This document shows, piece after piece, positions 43,562 through 57,231 of a stretch of DNA of 64,000 bases; positions within the stretch are counted from its first letter, which is position 1, and every line of letters starts with the position of its first letter. The DNA comes from Eledone cirrhosa. Lineage: Eukaryota. Where the stretch lies: positions 45,260,001-45,324,000 of the forward strand of contig OZ024745.1 in assembly GCA_964016885.1 (NCBI GenBank), in the 5' to 3' direction. The position numbers were made by a program, and so were the translations under genes. The notes under the pieces are model-generated. The model did no database searches, was not told the DNA's origin, and saw nothing but the letters and a program-made list of their open reading frames with translations.

Positions 43562-44207
43562 CGATGCTTCACCGTGGGACTACGGGGTGAATTAGTAGGA
43601 AAGTGATAAATATCAGGACCTGAAGAGGGAAATCAGGAAACTATAGAGAATCAGGCACATAAAAGTGGTACAGATTGTGGTTGGTGTACTGGGCGCAGTT
43701 AGTAAAAGTGGTACAGATTGTGGTTGGTGTACTGGGCGCAGTTAGTAAAAGTGGTACAGATTGTGGTTGGTGTACTGGGCGCAGTTAGTAAAAGTGGTAC
43801 AGATTGTGGTTGGTGTACTGGGCGCAGTTAGTAAAAGTGGTACAGATTGTGGTTGGTGTACTGGGCGCAGTTAGTAAAAGTGGTACAGATTGTGGTTGGT
43901 GTACTGGGCGCAGTTAGTAAAAGTGGTACAGATTGTGGTTGGTGTACTGGGCGCAGTTAGTAAAAGTGGTACAGATTGTGGTTGGTGTACTGGGAGCAGT
44001 TAGTAAAAGATTAGATGCATGGTTTGAGAAGCTAGGAATTACCTCCAGGATAGGATTGTTGCAGAAAACAGGAGGGTGTTGGAAAGGAGAAGGAATGACT
44101 AATGACCTTTGGTCATTGGTTATGGCTCGCTCGTTTGGTATAGTGTTGGTATAACATCTGCCAGAATAAAAGCGTTATTAATGCTAATAATAATAATAAT
44201 AATAATT
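43562..44207 (+). mobile_element. R4/Dong-like LINE 3' end in a (TAA)n context
   Basis: KYQDLKREI...IKVVQIVVGVLGAVSKRLDAWFEKLGI...LLQKT (RLE C-terminus), followed by a 3'UTR with AATAAA and (TAA)n. Confidence 0.75.
43660..44009 (+). repeat. 43-bp minisatellite, 8 copies, inside the LINE fragment
   Basis: Unit TAAAAGTGGTACAGATTGTGGTTGGTGTACTGGGCGCAGTTAG starts at 43660, 43703, 43746, 43789, 43832, 43875, 43918 and 43961. Confidence 0.95.
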
Positions 44208-44319
44208 GTTTCTGATTTAGGAGCAAGACCACAATAGACTGAAAGTTGTGCCAGTATTATGAAGGAACCATAGAAAGATGTTGGCATAAAAAAAAGAGCA
44301 AAAGTTCCTCGAACCTGAC

Positions 44320-44502
44320 AAAGCGTCCATACTCTGGCACATACCAACCAATCCACACAGACAAGGAACGAAAATCAAGTCTATTGTTATCAACAGGAAA
44401 AGAAGTGTCTCCTAATCGAAGTATCAGTTTCAACAAATAATAATGTAACGTTCAAAGAAATTGAGCCCATTAAATATAAAGATGTAGTAATTAAGATAAC
44501 AT
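44320..44502 (+). pseudogene. R4/Dong-like RLE fragment
   Basis: ILWH.P.IHTDKE...QEKKCLLIEVSVSTNNNVTFKEIEPIKYKDVVIKI. Confidence 0.55.
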
Positions 44503-44929
44503 TCCAGGTGCCAAACACTCTCGTTCAGCGCATGTTACAAGACTACGGCTCGGTCAAATAGACGGACCACGGAAAGAGGTATGGCATGAACAGTGACAAG
44601 ACAATAACTGTTTACCACCATTCTTGTTCAGGAATCTCAGTATGTGTTTTAGCCTTAGCGGGTGTCTGCGCATCTTCAACAACTCAGCATATGCCTGAAG
44701 AGCAACAAAATCAACGTGGGCTGCACAACAACAATAACATCAACAATAGTAGACAGACACGTAGTTAGACGTAGGTACGTCAATACTCATCTTTTTCCAT
44801 TTTTTAGAGGGTTCTAAACCCCACCATCAGGCTAAAATTTCTTTAGTAAAAAATACGGCGAAAGCTTCTATTTACATTTTCAAACTCGCTCGCTGTTTCA
44901 AAAAAAAAAAAAAAAATACTTACTTATAG

Positions 44930-44977
<48 letters not shown>

Positions 44978-44980
<3 letters not shown>

Positions 44981-45279
44981 GGAAAAATTTGAACAGGGAC
45001 AAAACAGAGAAGCAGTACAACGAATGTTTATTAATTTCACGCTCTGGAGAGTGGGGTGTTGGTGGGGGACGACGTTTCGGGCATAAGCCCTTCCTCAGGT
45101 GAGAAGTGTGTGGGAACAGAGTTCAAAGGGTGTGTAGGGGAGTGGTGGAGAGACATATAGCGAAAGGAAACGGTGCGAATGAAAAAATAAAAAAATAAAG
45201 ATAAAAATAAAAATAAAGCATGATCAAAATACAAGGAATGAAATAAATTTAAATATAAAAGCATGATCAAAATAAACTG

Positions 45280-45285
<6 letters not shown>
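44978..45285 (-). mobile_element. PLE-like 3' fragment with HHR-like core (45066-45102)
   Basis: Minus strand CTGAGGA-A-GGGC-TTAT-GCCC-GAAA-CGTC, then AATAAA and (TA)n; stem I is weak (2 bp). Confidence 0.5.
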
Positions 45286-45355
<70 letters not shown>

Positions 45356-45362
<7 letters not shown>

Positions 45363-45578
45363 ATAAATTTGAAGACTAAAATCCAAAGAGAGCTCGATAA
45401 GGATAAATATATATCAAATATATAAGAACCGTAGAGCAAATATTTATTAAAATAACAGATTAAAGTTTAAGCAAAGAATCGCTGCTTTCACCCTTAACGG
45501 GATCTTCTGAGAGTTTCAGAAGATCCCGTTAAGGGTGAAAGCAGCGATTCTTTGCTTAAACTTTAATCTGTTATTTTA

Positions 45579-45586
<8 letters not shown>
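45356..45586 (-). mobile_element. Family E element in fold-back form
   Basis: Perfect 71-bp arms 45440-45510/45516-45586, 5-nt spacer, tail 45356-45439; HHR-like CAGAAGA-TCCC-GTTAA-GGGT-GAAA. Confidence 0.88.
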
Positions 45587-45621
<35 letters not shown>

Positions 45622-45626
<5 letters not shown>

Positions 45627-45824
45627 GAACAAGTAAGACCCCGACGGCTGAGCTCAAGCCGTTTCGACGGCTAATTCTGTACTAATGAGTACAGAATTAG
45701 CCGTCGAAACGGCTTGAGCTCAGCCGTCGGGGTATTACTTGTTCCTATTACCCACTCTACTACCCTAAGTATTGAGTACTTTGGTGCGTTATGGTCCACC
45801 TGGTTCCTTACCACATTTCCTTCG
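45622..45824 (+). mobile_element. Family C hairpin element, copy 3
   Basis: Arms around an AATG spacer (45684-45687); the centre reads CTAATGAGTACAGAATTAGCCGTCGAAA. Confidence 0.9.
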
Positions 45825-46098
45825 TTATATATATAAATAGATAGGTAGAACAAAGTCATCGTAATTTAGTGGATATATGTTAGATAAATGATTAAAAATA
45901 TGTGGAAGAAAGTTGTATAGTCGAATTGAATGAATGTAAAATGAATGATTGCTGTAGTGTCAAGAGAGAGCTGTGGAAAATGGAGGATTCAAGAATATTT
46001 ACACAGAATATTGTAATCATGGAATTATTAAAAGGGACATACTTTTTTTTACTAAAATCCCGTCATTTGTGACAGGTATGCTAGTAAATAAATATTAG

Positions 46099-46164
<66 letters not shown>

Positions 46165-46819
46165 AGGGCTCTTTCTTAGTTTCTATATTTTCTAAATATA
46201 TATATATATATATACATACATACATACATATACTTGTGTGTGTGCATATGTATCTATTTAAACATATGCAGAAGTACAAATCTAAATATTTATATACACA
46301 TATTCAAATATATAATATACAGTTAACATGCGTTGATTCTGTTACATTTCAATGAAATTATATGTTTGCCTACTATTTTTTACTTGGATTCACTTAGTTT
46401 GAAATATAAAATAAATATGTAAATAAAGAAAAAAAGGAATTGTAAACGATTGATAAAAACGCTACGAAAAACATGTATCAAAAATAAAAATCAAAGTAAT
46501 AAAACGAGATCAGATTTTTGATGGATTTCATATTATAAAAGTTCTCTTTTCCATTTTTTTTTTATCTCTCCGTCGTTAAAAACGTTAAGTTTTCTCAGAG
46601 TTTACCAAGAATAATCTAGATCGATATCACTGGCAACTCTTTGGTTCAATATTTGTAGAAATATTTGTATACAAATACGATCAAGTTAAAATGTATCGAT
46701 TTTCATGATATTACTTGTAACTGAATATTTACTGGCCTTTAGCTTGGGTCACCAATGTGTAATTAACATATAATATGGTTTTAATATTGATTGAAAATGA
46801 TCAATCACTCACGTTCCCG

Positions 46820-47092
46820 TAACTGTTGCAGTCAGTCATTGGACTGCCACTCTAGATGCTTTTGCAGTCACTCGTCACCACTGGTCTCTATTCCCCGTCA
46901 TGTGTAGAAGGGGCTCGGTGTTGTGACGAGTCCAGTCTTTGATATTGTTAGACCAGGATTTTCTTTGTCTGCCTCTCCTTCGCCCTCCTTTGACTGTGCC
47001 TTGAAGGAAGTTTTTAGAAAACTAGTTGTGGTGGTATACATGACCATACCAGGCAAGCTTCCGTCTTTTCACCATTGCAGGGAGTGGTTCCT
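46820..47092 (-). pseudogene. RTE-clade LINE 3' end
   Basis: VKRRKLAWYGHV...LQGTVKGGRRRGRQRKSWSNNIKDWT...NRDQW. Confidence 0.75.
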
Positions 47093-47816
47093 CATTTATG
47101 TATACAAGTTTGTCTCTTTGGTTAGGTATTCAGCTCATGATAGCATGGTTGTGTGTTCGATTCCCGCTTTATTTCATATTTCTCCTGCACACTTAACTGG
47201 AAGGAAATGCACGTAATTCAAGGATCTAATCTTTTCATACATTTTGTCACGTTAAATCCCCACGAAAACTACGTTTTAGAGATACACGTATCTATGGAAT
47301 GTTTAGCTATTTATACGTAATCTGTTCCGTTCTTCGCACTACTGAAACACTCGTCGTCGTTATCTACGATGGTCCAACAATAACAACAATAACATTTATG
47401 GGTGTATGTATACATGCGTGGGTTTGGTGCCCGTGAGCGTGGTTATCCCACCAGGAGTGAGAGTCCCCTGTCCTTGTTAGGACGACATTCTAGGAAGAAA
47501 GCTATGATAGCAGCCAATGATGTGGACTTGTTTTTTCGTTTTGGATATCTGTCACCATTGATCAGAGAGTGGGAGCGGTCCAGTGCAAGGCCTTTCATTA
47601 CTTAAAAAAACTTCACGCGCAGGTATCACTTGATCTAACCATCGTTCCACCGTTCACATATGTTGCATAAACATATGTGAACGGCTGCATAAACATGGTT
47701 GGCCGTAGCCGAAAATGCAACACATTCAGAAAGGAATGTAAGTTTTGGCAGGGTTTAATAATCGACAACCATGTGTGAGAAAAAGGATCAAAGTAATTCT
47801 AGAAACCAAGACGCAA

Positions 47817-47994
<178 letters not shown>

Positions 47995-48435
47995 ATCAGA
48001 AATCGAAACCCTGTAGCTCATTTGCCGAGAACTTCCCTCCAATTCTATACAGACAATTTTCTTAGTTAATTGCCTTATATATTTTGAATATATAACCTAA
48101 GTTTCGTCAATATTTGTTGTACGTAGGGCCATAGAATGAAAGAAAAGATAGAGGCTTTAGTAAGAAGGCTATATTATATTTAAGGTTTTCTCCCGAGATT
48201 TCAATTAACAATTTGGTCTGCATTACACTGCTATTCATCTATCTGATTTCAATGCGATAAATATCATGTATTCGCTAGAGTAGATTCAATCGACTATGTC
48301 ATTTACAAAAAAAAAAAAAAAAAAAAAATGTACGTGACCTTGGCCTGATGGGTGTATTGTGATTAATGTTTGTTTGTTACCACTTTGATATAGGTCACAC
48401 ATTGGATATCTTTACCAAAATTTATTACTACGCTG

Positions 48436-48483
<48 letters not shown>

Positions 48484-49053
48484 GAGTGTATATGTAAGTG
48501 TGTATGTACGTGTATTTGAATCCCGTAACGTAGTGGTTCGACAAGGACGAAATCGATAAAATAAGTAGCAGGCGTGAAACACGAAGTACTGTAATCAGTA
48601 TAATCGACTAAATGAAGGCGATGCTCCAGTATGACCGTATTCTGTAAACTGAAAACATTGCTGTAAAGTTAATTTCGAATATATTCCCCTTCAATTTACG
48701 GCATAAGCGGACAGTAATTATACATTGTTGTATACTTTTGATTGTTTTGTAGTAACAAAGAAAGAAGAACAGATTTGTGTATATATAATATATCTAGGAA
48801 CTGAATCCGGTCTCAAATTTACTGTTGATAGAACGGCGTCGTTAAAATGTGTTTATAAAGACATAAACATTTCCCAATCTGTAATTTCTTAACAGACATA
48901 ACATACTGCAACCGTTAAAAGGATTGTATTGAAAATGACGAATTGAAGAAAGCAGTGTAAACAGGAAATGAAATGTTACTTTACTAGTAATTTAAATGGA
49001 ATGCGATTGAAAATAAAAAAAGGAAGATGATGTATATGATATGGCCAGTCATA

Positions 49054-49138
<85 letters not shown>

Positions 49139-49263
49139 AATATTTATATATTTATATATTTATATATATATAAATATATAAATATATATATATATATAAA
49201 TATTTATATATATATATTTATATATTTATATATTTATATATATATTTATATATATATATATAA

Positions 49264-49308
<45 letters not shown>

Positions 49309-49323
49309 TTTATATATATATAT

Positions 49324-49394
<71 letters not shown>

Positions 49395-51071
49395 AGTGAA
49401 AGTCAAATAAGAAGTAAAAATTAAAGAGTAGAAAGAATAAGATGAATGAGGAAAAGATTGAATGCAATATAAATATACAATATCATGATGAAGACATGAC
49501 AAAGAAGAAAATTGTTGGAAGGATATGAGAAATAATGATGGTGGAAAAATAAGTAAAAAAATATAAAAAAAATTAAGAATAATGGAGGCTAAAGATGACG
49601 CAGAGTAAGAAAAAAAAAAGAAAGAAAGAAGGAGACAGTGAAGATGTCAATGTTGCTTTTCGATAGCTGAATTAATTTTAGAAAATAGAGCTCCAAATTA
49701 ACTTGATATTTACAAAAAAGTTTACTATATTTTGATTTGATACAGTTGTTCATGTTGATATTTATTTCTGTTGTTTTTGTTTTGGTTTTTGATTTATTTA
49801 CTAAATTAGAAGTAGTTATTTTGACGACAAAGATAATCTCCGATTTGAGCTGTCATATAACTGCATACATTTAATCTGAGGGTTTTCCTGAGATCATTTA
49901 AGAAATGACTACCCCGCAATATATTCATCCAGACGTATATATACTTAGATGCATCTATTCATATACATGACTTTCTTTCATTCTTTCTTTTCTTTTCTTT
50001 TCTTTTCTTTTCTTTTCTTTTCTTTTTAGCCATATTTTCACGATGCTATGTATGAATGTTCATGTCACCAACTGCTGGTGACAGGGTGCAGGATATTTAA
50101 GAAAACTTAGAAAAACATTCATCTTTGTAAATATATCAGCTAGTCTTATTTAATACCAGGGAATGTGAAGTATTATCTATAGACTGAAAGATCTGACGAC
50201 TCCCTAAATTGTTTCTACCAGTGTAGATATAATGAATCTAAGGTTTCAAATATTAACAAATTATCTGCCCCTGCAAACATAAATAAATAAGCGATCTAAT
50301 CTCAAAGAACGAAATAATGTTTGGTTTTCTGAAAGTACTAAGATTAGGATTGCATTATAGATAGAACAGCTTAATTTTAATTAAAATTCTTAATTAAACT
50401 TTAGTAAATAAATTTCACAGTTCATTTTCGAAAAAGAAGAAAAGAGAAATAGAAGGAAAAGGGCGATGGGAGGGGGAATACTCTATGTCCTTGGTTCGAC
50501 TTCGCCCTGAGAACAAGATGGTGAAGGTTGTGTTGAGTAGGATAACCAGTGATATCCACACTCTCAACCATTCCATATCGTGGGACCCCTTCTTCAGCAG
50601 GATACCTTCGTCTCGATTTGGCGAAGGAAAAAGGCTGTCTGAGAACAGGAGACATCTTAAATCTAAATGGCAAAAAGGTAAAAAAACAGGATCAGTAAGT
50701 CAATGCCCGCTGTTTAATTATGGTATTTAAAATTTAAGTATGAATATCTAAACACATTTAAATGAAATTTCCATGATATTACTGTAGATAATGAATTATA
50801 ATATAAATACTGGTTTATAAAGCACATAGCTGTGAGTTAATATTTAGTGAAGACTAGAAGTAATAATTTTATTTTGAGATTTACATATACTTAACATAAT
50901 TAAATATCCGTTGCTCTTGAAAACGAGAACGTTTAGTCAATGGTTATTCATCAGCGAATCTATTAACCTACTGACAAGCTAACTTTGATATTTGGGTAAT
51001 TAATGAAAATAACATAGTATCATACTTCCTATACTAAACTGACGAACACATAGAGAAGACCAAGACCTGAC

Positions 51072-51140
51072 TAAGCTATTCAATACACTACTACATAGTT
51101 TATTTAACGAAATTTATGATATTAAAAGGTTTTAGCAAGG

Positions 51141-51196
<56 letters not shown>

Positions 51197-51276
51197 TATG
51201 TGTGTATGATGCCTTGCTAAAACCTTTTAATATCATAAATTTCGTTAAATAAACTATGTAGTAGTGTATTGAATAG

Positions 51277-51280
<4 letters not shown>
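51072..51280. repeat. Perfect 76-bp inverted duplication around a (TA)n spacer
   Basis: 51072-51147 is the reverse complement of 51205-51280. Confidence 0.9.
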
Positions 51281-51317
<37 letters not shown>

Positions 51318-51322
<5 letters not shown>

Positions 51323-51510
51323 AACCAGTAAGACCCCGACAGCTGAGCTCAAGCCGTTTCGACGGCTAATTCTGGACTAGAATTAGCCGTCGAAACGGCT
51401 TGAGCTCAGCTGTCGGGGTCTTACTGGTTCCTATTACCCACTCTACTACCTTAAGTATTGAGTACTTTGGTGCGTTATGGTCCACCTGGTTCCTTACCAC
51501 ATTTCCTTCG
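51318..51510 (+). mobile_element. Family C hairpin element, copy 4
   Basis: Private substitutions (aacCag, gacAgct) appear in both arms. Confidence 0.9.
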
Positions 51511-51559
<49 letters not shown>

Positions 51560-51561
<2 letters not shown>

Positions 51562-51686
51562 TAAGTTATTCCGGGTTGAATCGGAGGTAACCACAGTAAG
51601 GTGCTCAATACATAGCAGAGTATAAAAGTTTTAATATAGATGAGATTCTACAGGACTAGAACTGTTTCATTCTTTAGAAATGATCA

Positions 51687-51690
<4 letters not shown>
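51560..51690 (-). mobile_element. Short TA-flanked PLE-like 3' end with degenerate HHR-like motif
   Basis: Minus strand CTGATCA-TTTC-TAAA-GAAT-GAAA-CAGTTCTA, with tail ...ACTC...GAGCAC. Confidence 0.4.
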
Positions 51691-51760
<70 letters not shown>

Positions 51761-51847
51761 CGGAATAGGAATGAAGTGTCAAAATATCATTATGTATAAC
51801 AGAAGACTTATTTCGATATATACCAGGAGTTGTAGAGGGAAATCACG

Positions 51848-51881
<34 letters not shown>

Positions 51882-51885
<4 letters not shown>

Positions 51886-52040
51886 ATGTTTAACCCGGAC
51901 GGCAGAGCTCAAGCCGTTTCGACGGCTATTTCTGGAGTCCAGAAATAGCCGTCGAAACGGCCTGAGCTCTACCGTCGAGGTTAAACATTTTCCTATTACC
52001 CTAAGTATTGAGTACTCTGGTGCGTTATGGTCCATCCTTC

Positions 52041-52041
<1 letters not shown>
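51882..52041 (+). mobile_element. Family C hairpin element, copy 5 (diverged subfamily)
   Basis: aaaatgtttaacc...ggttaaacatttt variant in both arms; shortened tail. Confidence 0.85.
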
Positions 52042-52078
<37 letters not shown>

Positions 52079-52696
52079 TTTGTATGTGTGCGTGTGTTTG
52101 TGTGTGTATAAACTTAGACACAAAGTATGGCTGATACGAATAGGATATTTTTCCAGCATCATCGAATACTCATTTATTGCTGTACCTTTTTATCTCTTAC
52201 ACATCTATACAACATACATACTTCTATAGCAATATATGAAAAAACAAAAGGTCAGTAAACTTGAAAGAATACGAACCAGAGTAAAACATATTCGAGGATA
52301 AGTCGTTAAAAATTGACTGGATTCTTTCAAATGCCAATTTTATTTTTAATCAATAGAAGCATATCCGAAATACTATTAGTTTAGAATATATTTTAGATTC
52401 TCATTTGTCAACAAATCATGACTCACTACTCTCAACATTCTTAAATTATTCAGATTTATGTGTTATTCTTTGAAAAATATTAATGTTTTAAATTTAGTTA
52501 ATTTCTATTCGAAATTTGAAATGTTTATATTCAAACACAGAATTGTTACAATAATAATATCGTTAGAGAATTGGGTAAAATACAATTAAGGATAGAAAAT
52601 TCCGACTTTACGTGTAAATGTAACGCACTTGGCCAGAATTCTAGAGATACAGCGTTTGTTTCTCATATATACACACATGTACTATATATCCCTAAG

Positions 52697-52862
52697 CAGT
52701 GCCGAATTTACCATTGTGCTTAGGTGTGCTTAAACACAGGGCCCCGTTGGACAGGGGAAGGGCATCTTCCCGCCAAAAATGTGTTTACCTCCTACAAAGC
52801 CCAAGTAAGGGGTCTCATAACTTAACTAGCACAGGGCCTCATTTGTCCCAAATTCGGCATTC
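52697..52862. mobile_element. hAT-type MITE with 8-bp TSD
   Basis: TSD TCCCTAAG at 52689-52696 and 52863-52870; TIR cAgTGCCGAATTT / AAATTCGGCAtTc. Confidence 0.8.
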
Positions 52863-52950
52863 TCCCTAAGGGTGTATTATCAGATTCTAACGTTATTATC
52901 ATTGTAGCGATTCTGTGTTTCGATATCATCATTTTAAATCAACCAAGGAT

Positions 52951-53165
52951 CGATCGACTTTCGTCAAATCGGACCGAGTAAACAATGTTTCCGTTAGTCT
53001 TTCCAATTGCTAGTACTATCTATCGGTCGCAACTTCAGATAGAAGGAGCAACGTGAAATAAAGTGTCTTGCTCAAGGACATAACGCATCGCCCGGTCCAG
53101 GAATCGAACTCACAACTTCAAGATTGTGAATCCAATTCTCTAACCACTCAGCCACACGCCTTCAC
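52951..53165 (-). mobile_element. SINE (copy of 34170-34385)
   Basis: High sequence identity visible by eye. Confidence 0.75.
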
Positions 53166-53514
53166 CAAATGTGTCGATAAATCGTGAGATTTGTTTACTT
53201 CTGGTTCTAATTATTTTCATTTATTTTATATTTACTCGAAATATTTTCCTTAGTTTTATTTTGAGCTATTTTTATTCATCTAATTTAAGTACTTATTTCA
53301 TTTGTAATCACAATTTTTGCCTTTCTTTATACTATTTTATTTTAATTACTATTATCACATTCTCAACAGTTTTATACGAGATTTTTCTCCCATCACCAGA
53401 GGCACCTCCATCTTCCAAATGTGTTTATAAAATAGTCTTTTGGAGATTTTTGTTTGTATGCTAAAACCACCTGTTTTCCTTTGATGTAGAATATCATCAT
53501 TGTTATCGGTACTA

Positions 53515-53932
53515 GGAGGGCAGTGTACTGGAGGTATCAGTAGTGCGTCGCACAAAATGTTTTGCGGTATTTTGTTTCGAAATACTAAGTTCTGAGTTCA
53601 AATTACGCTGAGGTCAAATTCACTTTACATCGTTCCGGTGTTGATAAAATAAAGTACCCGTTACATACTGGGGTCTATGTATTCAACTTCCGCTCCGCTC
53701 AACGTTTTGGTCTTGTGCCTAAATTAGAAGCCATTATTAAGAGTAGTGGATTGGCAGTATCGGTAGAGGGTCGGACGCATGCTTTGCAGCATAGAGTTAC
53801 GGCCCTTTAGTCTGAGTTCAAATCCCACTGAGGTTAACTTTGCCTTTCATCCTTACGGGGTAGATAAAATAAAGTACCAGTAATGCACTGAGATAATTGC
53901 TGGCCTTGTGCCAAAAGTAGAAACAATTATTA
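53515..53932 (+). mobile_element. Two tandem SINE copies (dominant family)
   Basis: Two A-box/GAGTTCAAAT B-box heads and two ttgtgcc...agaa tails. Confidence 0.75.
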
Positions 53933-55611
53933 AGAGTATTGGTATATCAGTAAGAAATACGTCCGCGGATTTGCTTGTACCCATATTTTTGGTTAATATA
54001 CCTAGTTATTTTTGCGCTTGTCTTTCCCTAATCGCAGGTGAAGACTGTAGGAGAAAAAGAAAACATTTTTGCAGTTAGAATATAAAAATATTTCAAGGTT
54101 GTCTATCGATGGAATTTCTAAAATAGTCGACCAGCTGAAGAAAGTCTAATACGATAAATTAGATATTCACTTGTTAGGTCTCTTCTCATTGATGTTAACT
54201 ATATATAGTGCAGATTAGTGAGGTATAACTCATAACTTACGTCCTGTTCTTGTCATCGACAAAAAACTACAGCCCGAAGATGACTGGACGTTGTGATTAT
54301 AATAAACGAGATAAAAATAGTAGTCCGAACAAACCAGTTTATAAAAATGACACTGTACCTACATCATAGCAATGGAGGTCTTCTCCGTGTTTATTACCGT
54401 GTGCGAAATTGGGGGAGACAGAGGAAATGAGAAAGAGAGAGGAAGACAAAGAGGGTGAGAGAGAGAGAGAGCTATATAGTAAGAGATAGAGAATGAAATA
54501 AGGAAAGAGAGAATGAAATAAGGAAAGAGAGGGAAAGATGGGAGTCAGGGAAAGAGAGAGACAGTGAAAGAGAGGAAGATAAAGAGTGCAAGAGAGAGAG
54601 AGAGAGAAAGATGAGGTGGAGATAGGGAGGAGATAGATTGAGAGAAAAAAAGAGGAATATAGGGAGGAGAGAGATAGAGAGTAATGGAGAGAAGGAGAAA
54701 TAGGAAAGAGAGAGGGAGAGAGAACAATGGTAGAAAAGAGACAAAGACATGAGAGAAATTAAGAAGGTACACGCTGAGAGTATGTTCCTTCATTTCATAC
54801 TTTGTTTCGTTCTTTCATTTGTTTCATTCAGGATGAAGTTACTGTCTGATGTTATACAGAGATGAGAAAATGTTAAATCTTTATAGTTCTCTTTTGATAA
54901 GCATTGTTCGTCATTTTTTTCCAATTTCCTTTCATATACTGACTTAGGCTAAATATAATGGACGGAAAACTTGAGGTTTGAAAAAATATCTTTATAATTG
55001 TTGATCGTACATTACCACAAAAACCATTACAAACACGAAGAAAACTGCGATCAATAAGTATGTGACGATAAAATAGATTTTCCACACACACACATATATA
55101 TATATATATTTTCCACACACACACACACAGACACACATATATATATATATACATGTATATGTGTGTTGTGTGTGTATGTATGTATTTATATATATGTATG
55201 CGTGTGTGTGTGTATGTGTGTGTGTTTATGATTAGGCTATATCTTTATAAACACAGAATACAAGTAAACAAGACTACGTTAATATGTATATGAATTTACG
55301 TATGTTTAGTATATAAATCTGTAAACATGTATTTACCTGTAAATTGAAAAAATGATAAATACCTTAAACTGGTTTTCAAGTCTAACTGGCTTTCATCAGA
55401 AGGCATGATTATCATCTAAGCAAACAAGGAAGTACGTAATCGCAAAGACAGTTATACATTTATCATATACTTCGGCTGCTTAGCACATAATTTAGTATCT
55501 TAATATAATTCTTGGTGTATTTCGTCCATTCGTAACGTACGTTACGCTTTAGTTACTTACACACACACATCTAGAAGTAAATACATAAACAGATACACCG
55601 ACAAAAGAAGT

Positions 55612-55691
<80 letters not shown>

Positions 55692-56021
55692 ACACACACA
55701 GACACACACACACAGACACACACACAACACACACATTTACTCATACATATTCATAAATAGACACATTATACAAAATAATTATTACATTCACACACATCTA
55801 TATAATGATTGAGGAACGAAGGGGCTGCTGAAATACTAGAGTGATGAGCGTTCCAAGATAAACTACACTTGTGTGAGTGTATGTGTGCATTTGTGTGAGT
55901 GTATGTGTGTTTTGTGTGAGTGTATGTGTGTGTGTGTTTATATTTATATACTTATATATATATAAATGTATACATATGCACATACACGTACACGATTGTA
56001 ATGATTTGTGTGTGTGTGTGG

Positions 56022-56056
<35 letters not shown>

Positions 56057-56602
56057 CAGAGACGTGAGGAAATGAATGAAGAACAGAGACATCTTTTTAG
56101 AGCAAGGTAGACTAAGACAACAGGAGATGAGAGATAATGTACAGCTAGACAAACGTCTCTTAGATAGATCCTCTTAACCTTTTCGTCGACGGGTCTCACT
56201 AGTATATCTTAATTAACTACCAAACTGGGCCCTAGTAACAGGCAGCGAATAGGCAAAGCCATTAGAACGTCGGATAGGATGCTTTGCGGCATTCGTTCTG
56301 GCTGTGTGCACACTGAGTTCAAATATCACCTCAGTCTAGTTTGCTTTTCACCATTTCGAGATTGATAACAAATTACCAGTCCAGCAATGGGATCGATTTT
56401 CACTTCCTTTTTATCATAATCTCTCCTTCACTCTTGTGTATTCCGACCTGGAAAGAAGATGGGCACCGTCAGGATTAAGATGATCAAAGCATGTCATATG
56501 TCACTCTATCCACACTACGATTTCATCAGGATTTACGCCCCCCCCCCCCACCATACATACACTCGAACGCATACACGTACGCACGCACACGCATACACAC
56601 AG

Positions 56603-56679
<77 letters not shown>

Positions 56680-56680
56680 C

Positions 56681-56735
<55 letters not shown>

Positions 56736-56742
56736 AGAGAGA

Positions 56743-56930
56743 GGTATAAACCCAACCGCGACACCAAGCTGTTTTGGCTTGTATTCAGCAAACCTTTTCA
56801 AAGCTGAACTCAAGCCGAAACAGCTTGGCGTCGCGGTCTGGTTTATACCAATCATTATAACCACTCTGTATCTCTCCCTGCATTGAATATTTCCATGACT
56901 TGTGGTCTCTCCGGTCTCAATACCGCAGAC
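56743..56930 (+). mobile_element. Fold-back element, family F, in a (GA)n/(TC)n context
   Basis: ggtataaacc...ggcttg / caagcc...ggtttatacc imperfect hairpin (56743-56849), ~80-nt tail, GAAA-C-AGCTTGGC-G-TC HHR-like 3' half. Confidence 0.7.
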
Positions 56931-56936
56931 TCTCTC

Positions 56937-57012
<76 letters not shown>

Positions 57013-57231
57013 AATGTTTGCATCTTTTAAATACTGCGGTATTTAAAGCGTATATTCTAGTGTACCAATATAGTGGTTTGAATTTATTACGATATCATCT
57101 TTCTGCGAGATCTTTAGATTTGGTTTAGATATAGATTTACTTTCTGGTTATGAGTTTCAAGTTTTGTCGATTAGACTCGAACTAGAGCAAGATAGTTGGA
57201 TAACTTTCATGAGCTTGGCTGGTCTCGTTTG

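Noticed and set aside
43660-44009. CRISPR-like array
   Set aside because: Units are contiguous with no unique spacers, the context is a eukaryotic LINE, and there are no cas genes.
54005-54070. Splice acceptor and host exon
   Set aside because: A pyrimidine tract and CAG are present, but there is no convincing exon ORF or donor.
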